From Clostridium sp. CAG:273 (lineage in GTDB: Bacteria > Bacillota > Clostridia > TANB77 > CAG-508), in contig FR901477.1 in assembly GCA_000438355.1 (NCBI GenBank), positions 144 to 43,339 of the forward strand: 43,196 nucleotides of DNA, given 5' to 3'. Below the pieces are notes generated by a model. That model was not told where the DNA came from. It saw only the letters and a program-made list of their open reading frames with translations, and did not search any database. The position numbers were made by a program, and so were the translations under genes. This document shows, one piece after another, positions 7,992 to 16,314 of the stretch (the stretch's first letter is position 1; every line of letters begins with the position of its first letter).

Positions 7992-9848
7992 ATGAAGACT
8001 ATAGAACAGTTAAATAAAATAAGAGTAGAAAAAAGAATAGAATTAGATTTAAGAAAAAATACAAATGCTGACACAAGAGAAAAACACATTTTGGTATGTA
8101 ATGGTACAGGATGTACTTCTTCAAAATCACCCCAAATATTAGATAATTTTAGAAAAATAATAGAAGAAAAACGTATAAAAAATGTAAAAGTTATAAAAAC
8201 AGGCTGTTTTGGATTATGTGCAAAAGGTCCAATTGTTATAATAAGACCAGAAGATACTTTTTATGCAATGGTAAAACCAGAAGATTGTGAAGAAATTATA
8301 CAGTCACATATAATAGATGGAAAAATTGTAGAAAGATTATTATGTAAAGATGTAGATGGTAAAATAGTAAATAAATTGGATGATCTTACATTTTACAAAA
8401 AACAAAAAAGAATAGCTTTAAAAAATTGTGGTGTAATAAATCCGGAAGACATAGATGAATACATAGCTTTTGATGGATATAGAGCATTAGCTAGAGTTTT
8501 GGTAGAAATGACACCAGATGAAGTAATACAGACTATAGATAAATCAGGTTTGCGTGGAAGAGGTGGAGCAGGTTTTCCAACAGGAAAAAAGTGGAGAAGC
8601 ACAAAAGATGCAGTAGGAGAAAAGAAATTTGTTGTATGTAATGCAGATGAAGGGGACCCAGGAGCTTTTATGGATAGGAGTATACTAGAAGGAGACCCTC
8701 ATGCAGTACTAGAAGCAATGGAGATTGCTGGATACTCAATAGGTGCAGAAAAAGGTTTTATATATGTAAGAGCTGAATATCCAATTGCAGTAAATAGATT
8801 ACAAATTGCTATAAATCAAGCAAGAGAATATGGTATACTTGGAAAAAATATTTTTGGAACAGGATTTAATTTTGATATAGAAATAAGACTAGGTGCAGGG
8901 GCTTTTGTATGTGGAGAAGAAACAGCACTATTAGAGTCAATAGAGGGAAGACGTGGTCAACCAAGAGTAAAACCACCATATCCAGCACAAAGTGGTTTAT
9001 GGGGATATCCAACATTAATAAATAATGTTGAAACATATGCTAATATAGCGCAAATTATATTAAAAGGGCCAGAATGGTATTCTTCTATAGGAACACAGAA
9101 TTCAAAAGGAACAAAAGTATTTGCTTTAGGTGGAAATGTTAATAATGTTGGATTAGTTGAAGTACCAATGGGAACAACTTTAAGGGAAATTGTTTACGAC
9201 ATAGGTGGTGGAATACCAAATGGTAGAGAATTTAAAGCAGCACAAACAGGTGGGCCTTCTGGTGGTTGCATTCCAAAAGAGCATCTAGATACACCTATAG
9301 ATTATGAATCTTTAAAAGCTATAGGTTCAATGATGGGGTCTGGTGGACTTATTGTAATGGATGATACTAAATGCATGGTGTGTTTAGCAAAATTTTATTT
9401 ACAATTTACAGTAAGTGAGAGCTGTGGAAAATGTACACCATGTAGAATTGGAACAAAAAGAATGCTAGAAATACTAGAAAAGTTATGTAGTGGGGAAGGA
9501 AATGAATATGACATATATAGACTAGAAAAATTGGCTGTAAATATACAAAAATCTAGCATATGCGGGTTAGGTCAAAGTGCTCCAAACCCAGTAATAAGTA
9601 CATTAAAATATTTTAGAGAAGAATTTAGACAACATGCTATAGAAAAAGAATGTAAAGCAATGGAATGTAAAGCTTTAGCAAAAATAGAAATAGATGAGGA
9701 TAAGTGTAAAGCTTGTGGATTATGCCAGAAAAATTGTCCAGTAAATGCAATTGAAGGTAAAGGAAGAGATAAAAGACATATTAATCAAGATAAATGTATT
9801 AAGTGTACTACTTGTATACGTTCTTGTCCTTTCCATGCCATAGGCTAA
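7992..9848 (+). CDS. hydB: NuoF-like NAD(P)H-binding flavoprotein subunit of [FeFe] hydrogenase (HydB/HndC type)
   Basis: GGAGG SD. N-terminal 2Fe-2S thioredoxin-like domain (CNGTGC...GCFGLC). FMN/NADH motifs GLRGRGGAGFPTGKKW and CNADEGDPGAFMDR. Cys cluster SCGKCTPCR. Two C-terminal CxxCxxCxxxCP ferredoxin motifs. Confidence 0.92.
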   Translation: MKTIEQLNKIRVEKRIELDLRKNTNADTREKHILVCNGTGCTSSKSPQILDNFRKIIEEKRIKNVKVIKTGCFGLCAKGPIVIIRPEDTFYAMVKPEDCEEIIQSHIIDGKIVERLLCKDVDGKIVNKLDDLTFYKKQKRIALKNCGVINPEDIDEYIAFDGYRALARVLVEMTPDEVIQTIDKSGLRGRGGAGFPTGKKWRSTKDAVGEKKFVVCNADEGDPGAFMDRSILEGDPHAVLEAMEIAGYSIGAEKGFIYVRAEYPIAVNRLQIAINQAREYGILGKNIFGTGFNFDIEIRLGAGAFVCGEETALLESIEGRRGQPRVKPPYPAQSGLWGYPTLINNVETYANIAQIILKGPEWYSSIGTQNSKGTKVFALGGNVNNVGLVEVPMGTTLREIVYDIGGGIPNGREFKAAQTGGPSGGCIPKEHLDTPIDYESLKAIGSMMGSGGLIVMDDTKCMVCLAKFYLQFTVSESCGKCTPCRIGTKRMLEILEKLCSGEGNEYDIYRLEKLAVNIQKSSICGLGQSAPNPVISTLKYFREEFRQHAIEKECKAMECKALAKIEIDEDKCKACGLCQKNCPVNAIEGKGRDKRHINQDKCIKCTTCIRSCPFHAIG

Positions 9849-9970
9849 TTCAAAAAACAAACTTCGCATTTCGTTGTCAAAATTTAGATAAAAAATCCTC
9901 GACGTACACAAAGTACGACTTCGGTTTTTTACTAAATTTTTCCTAGAACTACTCGTTTCTTTTTTGAATT
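9847..9970. repeat. 124-bp imperfect palindromic element in the hydB-hydA spacer, with a GC-richer core hairpin plus T-run
   Basis: The termini AATTCAAAAAACAAAC (9847-9862) and GTTTCTTTTTTGAATT (9955-9970) are inverted repeats (15/16). Internal arms AAAATTTAGATAAAAAATCC / GGTTTTTTACTAAATTTTT also pair. The core is CCTCGACGTAC-acaaa-GTACGACTTCGG followed by TTTTTT. Confidence 0.6.
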
Positions 9971-10055
9971 ATTATAAGGTTAAAGTTAGTTTAGTAATAC
10001 TTGTTTTTTATTAAAGCTGTTAATGCAAAAAATAAATATTCCAAGGAGGAGAATA

Positions 10056-11804
10056 ATGGTTAATTTAAAAATAGATGGAAAAAATGTTGTTGTTCCAGAG
10101 GGGACTACAATATTAGACGCAGCAAAACAAGCAGGAATAGACATCCCAACACTATGCTTTTTGAAAGAGATAAATGAAGTTGGAGATTGTAGAATGTGTA
10201 TTGTTGAAGTTGAAGGAAGAAAAGGTTTTGCAACTTCATGTATACAAAAGGTAGAAGAAGGAATGGTTGTCCATACACATACACCAAATGTATTAGAAGC
10301 AAGACATACCATACTTGATTTAATTATTTCTAATCACTCTAAAGATTGTTTAACTTGTACACGTTCTGGTAATTGCGAACTTCAAGATTTAGCAATTAAA
10401 TTTAATGTTTTGGATATAGATTATAAAGGAGAGAGAACAGAACATAAAATAGATGATAAATCTCCTTCAATTGTAAGAGATTTTAATAAATGTATTTTGT
10501 GTAGAAGATGTGTGGCAACTTGTAAAAATGTTCAAAATATTGGTGCAATTGATTGTATTGAAAGAGGTTTTGAATCTTGTATTTCCACTACATATGACCA
10601 TAGTTTAAATGATGTAAACTGTACATTTTGTGGTCAATGTATAGAAGCTTGTCCAACAGGTGCTCTTCATGAGAAAGAAAATATAAATGATGTGTGGGCA
10701 AAATTAAAAGACCCTGATACATATGTTGTAGTTCAAACAGCACCATCTGTAAGAGTAGCACTTGGAGAAGAATTTAAAATGGAAATTGGCACAAATGTTA
10801 CTGGAAAGATGGTATCTGCATTAAAACGTTTGGGATTTGATAAAGTATTTGATACAAATACAGGAGCAGATTTTACAATTATGGAAGAAGCAACTGAGTT
10901 TGTAAAAAGATTTAAAGAAAATGATAATTTGCCAATGACTACATCATGTTGCCCAGGTTGGGTAAGATTTGCAGAAATGGAATATCCAGAAAATTTAAGT
11001 CATTTATCTAGTTGTAAGTCACCACATCAAATGTTTGGAGCAATAATAAAATCTTATTATGCAGAGAAAAATAATATTGATCCTAAGAATATATATGTAG
11101 TTTCTGTAATGCCATGTATAGCTAAAAAGTTTGAAAGACAGAGAGAAGAAATGAAAGTGAATGGATTATGGGATGTTGATAGTGTAATTACTACTCGTGA
11201 ACTTGCAAGGATGATAAAACAAGCGAATATAGAATTTGATAAATTAGAGGATGAAACTTTTGACAGTCCAATGGGAGAAGCTACAGGAGCTGCTGCTATA
11301 TTTGGAGTTACAGGTGGAGTTATGGAGGCTGCACTTCGTACAGCATATGAGTTAATTACTGGAAAAGAGTTAAAAAAGTTAGAGTTTGAAGAAATAAGAG
11401 GAGCAAAAGGAATAAAAAAAGCAACTGTACAAATCGGAGATAAAGAAGTAAAAGTAGCTGTTGCACATGGATTAAGCAATGCTAGAAAAATAATGGAAGA
11501 AATAAAAAATGGTACATCAGATTATCAATTTGTAGAAGTAATGGCATGCCCAGGTGGATGCATAATGGGTGGAGGTCAACCTATTAAAAGTTCAAAGGTA
11601 AGAATGACAGTAGATGTAGCTGCAAAAAGAGCAGAAGCAATGTATTCTATAGATGAAAGAAGTGTAATTAGAAAGTCTCATGAAAATCCTATATTAAAAC
11701 AAATTTATAAGGAATATATAGGAAAACCAGGAGAACATAAAGCACATGAACTTTTACATACACATTATATGAAAAGAGAAATGAACTTTGAAGATATTTC
11801 TTAA
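10056..11804 (+). CDS. hydA: [FeFe] hydrogenase catalytic subunit (M3-type, HydA)
   Basis: The ATG at 10056 follows AGGAGGAG; the track start at 10023 has no SD. N-terminal 2Fe-2S domain. Two 4Fe-4S ferredoxin motifs. H-cluster motifs TSCCPGW, MPCIAKK and VMACPGGCIMGGGQP. Confidence 0.95.
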   Translation: MVNLKIDGKNVVVPEGTTILDAAKQAGIDIPTLCFLKEINEVGDCRMCIVEVEGRKGFATSCIQKVEEGMVVHTHTPNVLEARHTILDLIISNHSKDCLTCTRSGNCELQDLAIKFNVLDIDYKGERTEHKIDDKSPSIVRDFNKCILCRRCVATCKNVQNIGAIDCIERGFESCISTTYDHSLNDVNCTFCGQCIEACPTGALHEKENINDVWAKLKDPDTYVVVQTAPSVRVALGEEFKMEIGTNVTGKMVSALKRLGFDKVFDTNTGADFTIMEEATEFVKRFKENDNLPMTTSCCPGWVRFAEMEYPENLSHLSSCKSPHQMFGAIIKSYYAEKNNIDPKNIYVVSVMPCIAKKFERQREEMKVNGLWDVDSVITTRELARMIKQANIEFDKLEDETFDSPMGEATGAAAIFGVTGGVMEAALRTAYELITGKELKKLEFEEIRGAKGIKKATVQIGDKEVKVAVAHGLSNARKIMEEIKNGTSDYQFVEVMACPGGCIMGGGQPIKSSKVRMTVDVAAKRAEAMYSIDERSVIRKSHENPILKQIYKEYIGKPGEHKAHELLHTHYMKREMNFEDIS

Positions 11805-11810
11805 AAATAT

Positions 11811-11842
11811 AAACCTCGGAAAGGAGCGTCTTTCCGAGGTTT
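11811..11842. terminator. bidirectional intrinsic terminator between hydA and the convergent small membrane gene
   Basis: 13-bp perfect stem AAACCTCGGAAAG / CTTTCCGAGGTTT with loop GAGCGT. It is flanked by A/T runs on both sides. Confidence 0.8.
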
Positions 11843-11846
11843 ATTC

Positions 11847-12128
11847 TTACTTTAATTTAAAGTGACAAATGCGGAACTGAACTAAGAGAAGCAACAAATC
11901 AATGATAAAGACTACCGATATATTAATAGATATCTGGAATGCTGCAAATAGTCCTGCTATACAAGCAATTAGTCCTAAAACTACAGTTCCTAACAGTTGC
12001 TGAAATTGCAACCGCTCTGTGTAATCCAGTTGTTTGCTAGATTTTAACAATATGATTACTGTAAAGATAAATCCAGAAATAATACATATTGTAAGCAATA
12101 TTGTTACAAATAGCAACAACAGAAACAT
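11847..12128 (-). CDS. small hydrophobic membrane protein (about 3 TM), function unknown
   Basis: 93 aa. AAAGGAG SD lies 8 nt upstream of the ATG. A consensus promoter lies about 90 nt upstream. Confidence 0.65.
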   Translation of the reverse strand: MFLLLLFVTILLTICIISGFIFTVIILLKSSKQLDYTERLQFQQLLGTVVLGLIACIAGLFAAFQISINISVVFIIDLLLLLVQFRICHFKLK

Positions 12129-12222
12129 ACTATCACTCCTTTCATAAAGTAGTAGTGCAATTTTACAAATCTTAACTCAAAGATAGGAAAATTACATAAA
12201 AATAAATGCGCTCCATAAGTTA

Positions 12223-12251
12223 ATTATAAGATATTTTACACAATATGTCAA
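12223..12251 (-). promoter_or_regulatory. consensus sigma-A-type promoter for the 93-aa membrane protein gene
   Basis: The minus strand reads TTGACA (12246-12251), a 17-nt spacer, then TATAAT (12223-12228). Confidence 0.65.
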
Positions 12252-12591
12252 AATTATGTGAATTAAATAAGATAAAAGTGGCAAGTTAAGACGTTGAAAA
12301 TAGTAAAAAAATGTGATATAAATAAAAATATTAATAAACTTAAAAAATCTCAAAATAGACTAATAAGGTTTTATAAAATGTCTAAAAATTTTGCAAAATA
12401 TTAATTAAATAAAAATAAGCTCAAAAATTCAAGAAAAATAAACTAAGTTTACAAAATCAAGTGAAAAAGTACGAAATTTTAGTAAAATTTATTTACATGT
12501 TTCTACAAAAAAGTAACTTAATAGAATATATAATAAATAAGCTAACTAAAAGGTATATTAAAAATAAACAAGAAAGGAACAGAAAAACAAA

Positions 12592-13500
12592 ATGGATAAA
12601 GTATTTAAATCAGGATTTGTTTCAATAATAGGTAGAACAAACGTAGGAAAGTCTAGTATATTAAATAGATTGGTAAATGAAAAGGTAGCTGCTATTGCGA
12701 ATAAACCTCAAACTACAAGAACTCAAATTAAGGCAATTGTAAATAGACCTAATTCGCAAATTATATTTATGGATACTCCAGGAATTCATAAACCAAAGTC
12801 TAAACTTGGAAATGTTATGGTAGAAAATGCATTTGGCTCTATTGGTGATTGTGATGTTTTGCTTTTTGTTATTGAAGCAACATCAAAAGAGATAGGAAAA
12901 GGTGATAGATTAATTTTAGACAAAATAAAAGATTCTAATAGAAAAACTATTTTAATAATAAATAAAATAGATTTGGTAAATAAGGAAGAGATAGCTAATT
13001 TAATAAATTTATATAAAGATGAATATAACTTTGCAGCAATTATTCCAGTATCTGTTGAAAAAAATTATAATTTAGAAACAATATTAGATGAGATAGAGAG
13101 TAACCTAAAAGAAGGTCCTGCATATTATAATACAGAAGAGTATACAGACCAAACATTAAGACAATTAACAGAGGAAACAATAAGAGAAAAAGCATTAAGA
13201 TTATTAAAAGACGAAGTTCCACATGGGATATTTATAGAAGTGGATAAGATGAAATTAAGAAAAACTATTGATAAAGAACCAATTTATGATATAGAAGCAA
13301 CAATTTATTGTATAAGAGAATCACATAAGGGTATTATAATTGGAAAAAGTGGAGCAATGCTTAAAAAGATTGGAACATATGCAAGACAGGATTTAGAGAA
13401 AATGTTTGATTGCAAAGTTAATTTGAAAATTTGGGTAAAAGTGAAACAAGATTGGATAAATAATGAGAATTTTGTAAAAAAATTTAAAAGTGGAAATTAA
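12592..13500 (+). CDS. era: GTPase Era
   Basis: G1 motif GRTNVGKSS. G3 DTPG. G4 NKID. C-terminal KH domain (IIGKSGAMLKKIG). Confidence 0.95.
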   Translation: MDKVFKSGFVSIIGRTNVGKSSILNRLVNEKVAAIANKPQTTRTQIKAIVNRPNSQIIFMDTPGIHKPKSKLGNVMVENAFGSIGDCDVLLFVIEATSKEIGKGDRLILDKIKDSNRKTILIINKIDLVNKEEIANLINLYKDEYNFAAIIPVSVEKNYNLETILDEIESNLKEGPAYYNTEEYTDQTLRQLTEETIREKALRLLKDEVPHGIFIEVDKMKLRKTIDKEPIYDIEATIYCIRESHKGIIIGKSGAMLKKIGTYARQDLEKMFDCKVNLKIWVKVKQDWINNENFVKKFKSGN

Positions 13501-13713
13501 TAATTTTAAAGTTTTTATCTTTTAAATTTTTATAAGATAAATAAAGTAAATTAATATAAATAAAAAATAACAAATTTATCCTAGTATAAATTTGTAATAT
13601 TTGCTTAAGATAAAATTAAACAACATTATAAAATAATATTATGAGATATAATAAAAAGTTATAATGTTTATGCAAATATAAAATATTTGCTTATTAAACA
13701 GGAGATGATTTCT

Positions 13714-13884
13714 ATGATAAAACAGATTGCTTGGAATACTTTTAAAAATACTGGTAATATAGACACATTTATGGAATTAATGGAAGTAGAGAATGTAGAG
13801 AAAACGATGAAAGGTATGTACGACTATGGGAATAATAAAAACGAAGGGAATAATAATAGCAGAAAACAATATGAGCGACTTTGA
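13714..13884 (+). CDS. yqzL: YqzL-family small protein
   Basis: IAWNTFKNTGNIDTFMELMEVE matches the YqzL pattern (W..F..TGNI..Y/F..L.E.E). It lies between era and recO, as in Bacillus. The ATG at 13714 is 9 nt after GGAG, so I prefer it to the TTG at 13687. Confidence 0.65.
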   Translation: MIKQIAWNTFKNTGNIDTFMELMEVENVEKTMKGMYDYGNNKNEGNNNSRKQYERL

Positions 13885-14551
13885 TAAAATGGTAACAATT
13901 TTAACTCCAAGTGGAAAAATTGGGTGTGCTGCTAGAGGTGCGAGAAAGCCAAAAAGTATGCTAATGGCAGCAACTCAGTTTTTATGTTTTGGAGAATATA
14001 TGTTATATAGAGGTACTAATTCGTACAGTGTAAATTCGTGTGATACAATAGAAATATTTTATAATATAAGAACAGATTTGGATAAATTAAAATATGCTAC
14101 ACATATAACTAAAATAATAAATGATGTAACAGACGAAAATCAAAATACATACAAGATTTTACAATTATTTTTAAATACTTTATATATGATTTCAGAAACA
14201 GATAAAGATTTAGATTTTATAAATTCTGTTTTTAAGATAAGACTTTCTTGCTTATTAGGATTTATGCCAATAATAAATAAATGTACATCTTGTGGTGAAA
14301 CTGGTGCTGAAAGCTATTTTAGCTTTGAAGATAGTGGATTTAAATGTGAAGCATGTGCAAGACAAGATAAAGGAGCAATAAAAATAAGTAAATCTACTGC
14401 AAATGCGATTAAATACATAATTTTAGCAGATGCAAAAAAGATTTTTTCATTTAATATAGCAGAAGAAAACAAAAGGGAGTTAGAAATTATTGCAAAACTT
14501 TATTTAAATGATAAATTAGATAAAGAATATAAAATAGAAGATTTATTTTAG
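13826..14551 (+). CDS. recO: DNA repair protein RecO
   Basis: N-terminal OB-fold pattern IKTKGIIIAENNMSDFDKMVTILTPSGKIGCAARGARKPKS. C-terminal zinc motif CTSCGE...CEAC. It overlaps yqzL by 59 nt in another frame. Confidence 0.9.
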   Translation: MGIIKTKGIIIAENNMSDFDKMVTILTPSGKIGCAARGARKPKSMLMAATQFLCFGEYMLYRGTNSYSVNSCDTIEIFYNIRTDLDKLKYATHITKIINDVTDENQNTYKILQLFLNTLYMISETDKDLDFINSVFKIRLSCLLGFMPIINKCTSCGETGAESYFSFEDSGFKCEACARQDKGAIKISKSTANAIKYIILADAKKIFSFNIAEENKRELEIIAKLYLNDKLDKEYKIEDLF

Positions 14552-14571
14552 CAGATATTGAATATCAATAT

Positions 14572-14608
14572 AAAAATGCAGGTTATTTTAGAAATAATCT
14601 GCATTTTT
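14572..14608 (+). terminator. intrinsic terminator after recO
   Basis: AAATGCAGGTTATT / AATAATCTGCATTT stem with one wobble or mismatch, followed by TTTT. Confidence 0.7.
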
Positions 14609-14669
14609 ATGTAATTTTATAATTAAGAAAATATTAATAATATAGTTCTATAAAAAGCAATTTATATAT

Positions 14670-14699
14670 TTGACATTTGCCGTAATAAAATGATATAAT
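14670..14699 (+). promoter_or_regulatory. sigma-A-type promoter with extended -10 for the 415-aa gene
   Basis: TTGACA (14670-14675), an 18-nt spacer containing TGA, then TATAAT (14694-14699). It lies about 35 nt upstream of the GGGAG SD and the ATG at 14734. Confidence 0.65.
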
Positions 14700-14733
14700 A
14701 AGTAAGCTAATAAACGTTTTTGAGGGAGATATT

Positions 14734-15981
14734 ATGAGTAAAGTAATAAAGTTTGGTATAGGTTTTGTTACAGGAAGACCTAATATTTGTAAGCTTATTA
14801 ATAATACCTGTAAGCATTTAGCAGAACAAGTTAATAAATCAGATGTAAAAATAGAATTAACAATTTTTATACTATTCGATTTACAATATCAATTTACAAC
14901 AAGAATAGATTTTTATGGACTTATGCCAGATGTATATAAAAATGTTAATATAAAGTATATAACACCAGAAGATTTAGAAGAACAAAAAAAGATATTAATA
15001 GGTAAAGAAATATTAACGAAAAAAGAAGCGGATTTATTTTTAGGATATGGTTATGCTAAAGGTAGAAATACTATAATGTATTATGCATTAAAGAAAGAAA
15101 TAGATTATTTATTATTTTGGGATGATGATGAATATCCTGTAGCATGTCTAAAAGAAGATGAAGACGAAGAAATAACATGGGTAAAACAGGATAATATTAT
15201 AAACACAATAAATTATATGAAAAAAGCAGATGTGGCTTTAGGTCATAAATGTGGTTATGTATCGCCTATTCCATATATAGAGCTAAAAGAAGATATAAAT
15301 GAAGACTTATTTAAAGATTATATAGAGGCTGTTTCAAATGAGGCTATATCATGGGAAGGAATAAGAGAGCAATTAGTTAAATATCATGGTTTTAGATATG
15401 TTCCAAAAAGTGAATTAGAAGAATCAAAAGTAAGAGAAATAAAATTTGATGGAATTGGAAAGTGGGTATTAGGTTCACCTCTTTGTTTAAACTTTACTCA
15501 CTTAGATAAAATACCTTCGTTTTATAATCCAGAAGGAGCGAGAGGAGAAGACGCCTTTTTCTCTACATGGTTAGAAAATTCAAAAGTAATTGAAATGCCA
15601 GTATATCATTTTCATGATGCTTTCTTAAAGTATACAAATATTTTAAATGAAAAATATCCTAAAAAATTAAGAAAGATAAAAATGGAAGATGAACAAACCA
15701 CAGAAAGATTTATAAAAGCTTCAATAGGATGGATAAGATATAAACCATTATTTATATATTTAACAGACAGAAAGAATTATAATGAAAAAATAGATCAGAT
15801 ACGTGAAAAATTAAGAATAAGTATACCAGAAGTTAATAAATTATTTGCAAATTCAGATTTAAATTTATTATTACCTGAATTAGAAAAATTTAATTCTAGT
15901 GTAAAAAAAGATTATGATGATTATATAAAAACAGATGAGGCTTGGAAAAAAGTAAAAAAGGCAATGACAGAAAATAAGTAA
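14734..15981 (+). CDS. hypothetical protein with weak GT-A-like glycosyltransferase signature and a long helical C-terminal extension
   Basis: GYAKGRNTIMYYALKKEIDYLLFWDDDEYP resembles the GT-A nucleotide-sugar/DXD region. A later GEDAFF resembles the GT2 ED motif. Nothing else is recognisable. The gene has its own promoter and terminator. Confidence 0.6.
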   Translation: MSKVIKFGIGFVTGRPNICKLINNTCKHLAEQVNKSDVKIELTIFILFDLQYQFTTRIDFYGLMPDVYKNVNIKYITPEDLEEQKKILIGKEILTKKEADLFLGYGYAKGRNTIMYYALKKEIDYLLFWDDDEYPVACLKEDEDEEITWVKQDNIINTINYMKKADVALGHKCGYVSPIPYIELKEDINEDLFKDYIEAVSNEAISWEGIREQLVKYHGFRYVPKSELEESKVREIKFDGIGKWVLGSPLCLNFTHLDKIPSFYNPEGARGEDAFFSTWLENSKVIEMPVYHFHDAFLKYTNILNEKYPKKLRKIKMEDEQTTERFIKASIGWIRYKPLFIYLTDRKNYNEKIDQIREKLRISIPEVNKLFANSDLNLLLPELEKFNSSVKKDYDDYIKTDEAWKKVKKAMTENK

Positions 15982-16004
15982 TGAATAAATAAAAATGATG
16001 TAAT

Positions 16005-16042
16005 AATAATAAAAAGTTGGATTTTTCCAACTTTTTATTATT
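16005..16042 (+). terminator. intrinsic terminator after the 415-aa gene
   Basis: AATAATAAAAAGTTGGA-tttt-TCCAACTTTTTATTATT, a long perfect stem ending in a T-rich tract. Confidence 0.75.
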
Positions 16043-16314
16043 ATATTAAATTTGTAAAAATTTTAATAATTAAATTGATAGAAATCTAAATTGATAAAAA
16101 ATACAAATTTAAGCAAAGAAGGGATATAAGTAAATAGCCAAGAACAAGTATACATAATTTGTTTACTACAAGAAAAAGGAGAGCCTTGTAATTAGCATTA
16201 AAACTGAAAAAGGATTGCTTTTTTTATTTAATTATGTTATAATACAAAAGATTGAGAAATAATATAAAAAGTGACAATTGTATTAATTTAATTGTCATAT
16301 AGAAAGGAGTAATT

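Noticed and set aside
10023-10055. N-terminal extensions given by the ORF track for hydA (10023), rbr (26830), carD (30352), ylbJ (35948), the antitoxin (35672), yqzL (13687) and the 413-aa ORF (3525)
   Set aside because: In each case a downstream in-frame ATG has a properly spaced Shine-Dalgarno sequence and gives the N-terminus typical of the family. The extensions lack an SD or overlap it.
7397-11804. Checked the hydrogenase genes for in-frame stops, selenocysteine or missing H-cluster ligands
   Set aside because: All three ORFs are uninterrupted. The HydA L1/L2/L3 motifs and the Fe-S cysteine patterns are complete. Nothing unusual was seen in the coding sequences themselves.
12129-12591. 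463-bp A-rich spacer upstream of era considered as a decayed cdd or other pseudogene
   Set aside because: Stop codons are dense in all three plus-strand frames, and no peptide fragment is recognisable. Part of the spacer is explained by the minus-strand consensus promoter at 12223-12251. The apparent ~50-nt self-similarity (about 12233 versus 12369) is weak and compatible with low-complexity AT-rich DNA.
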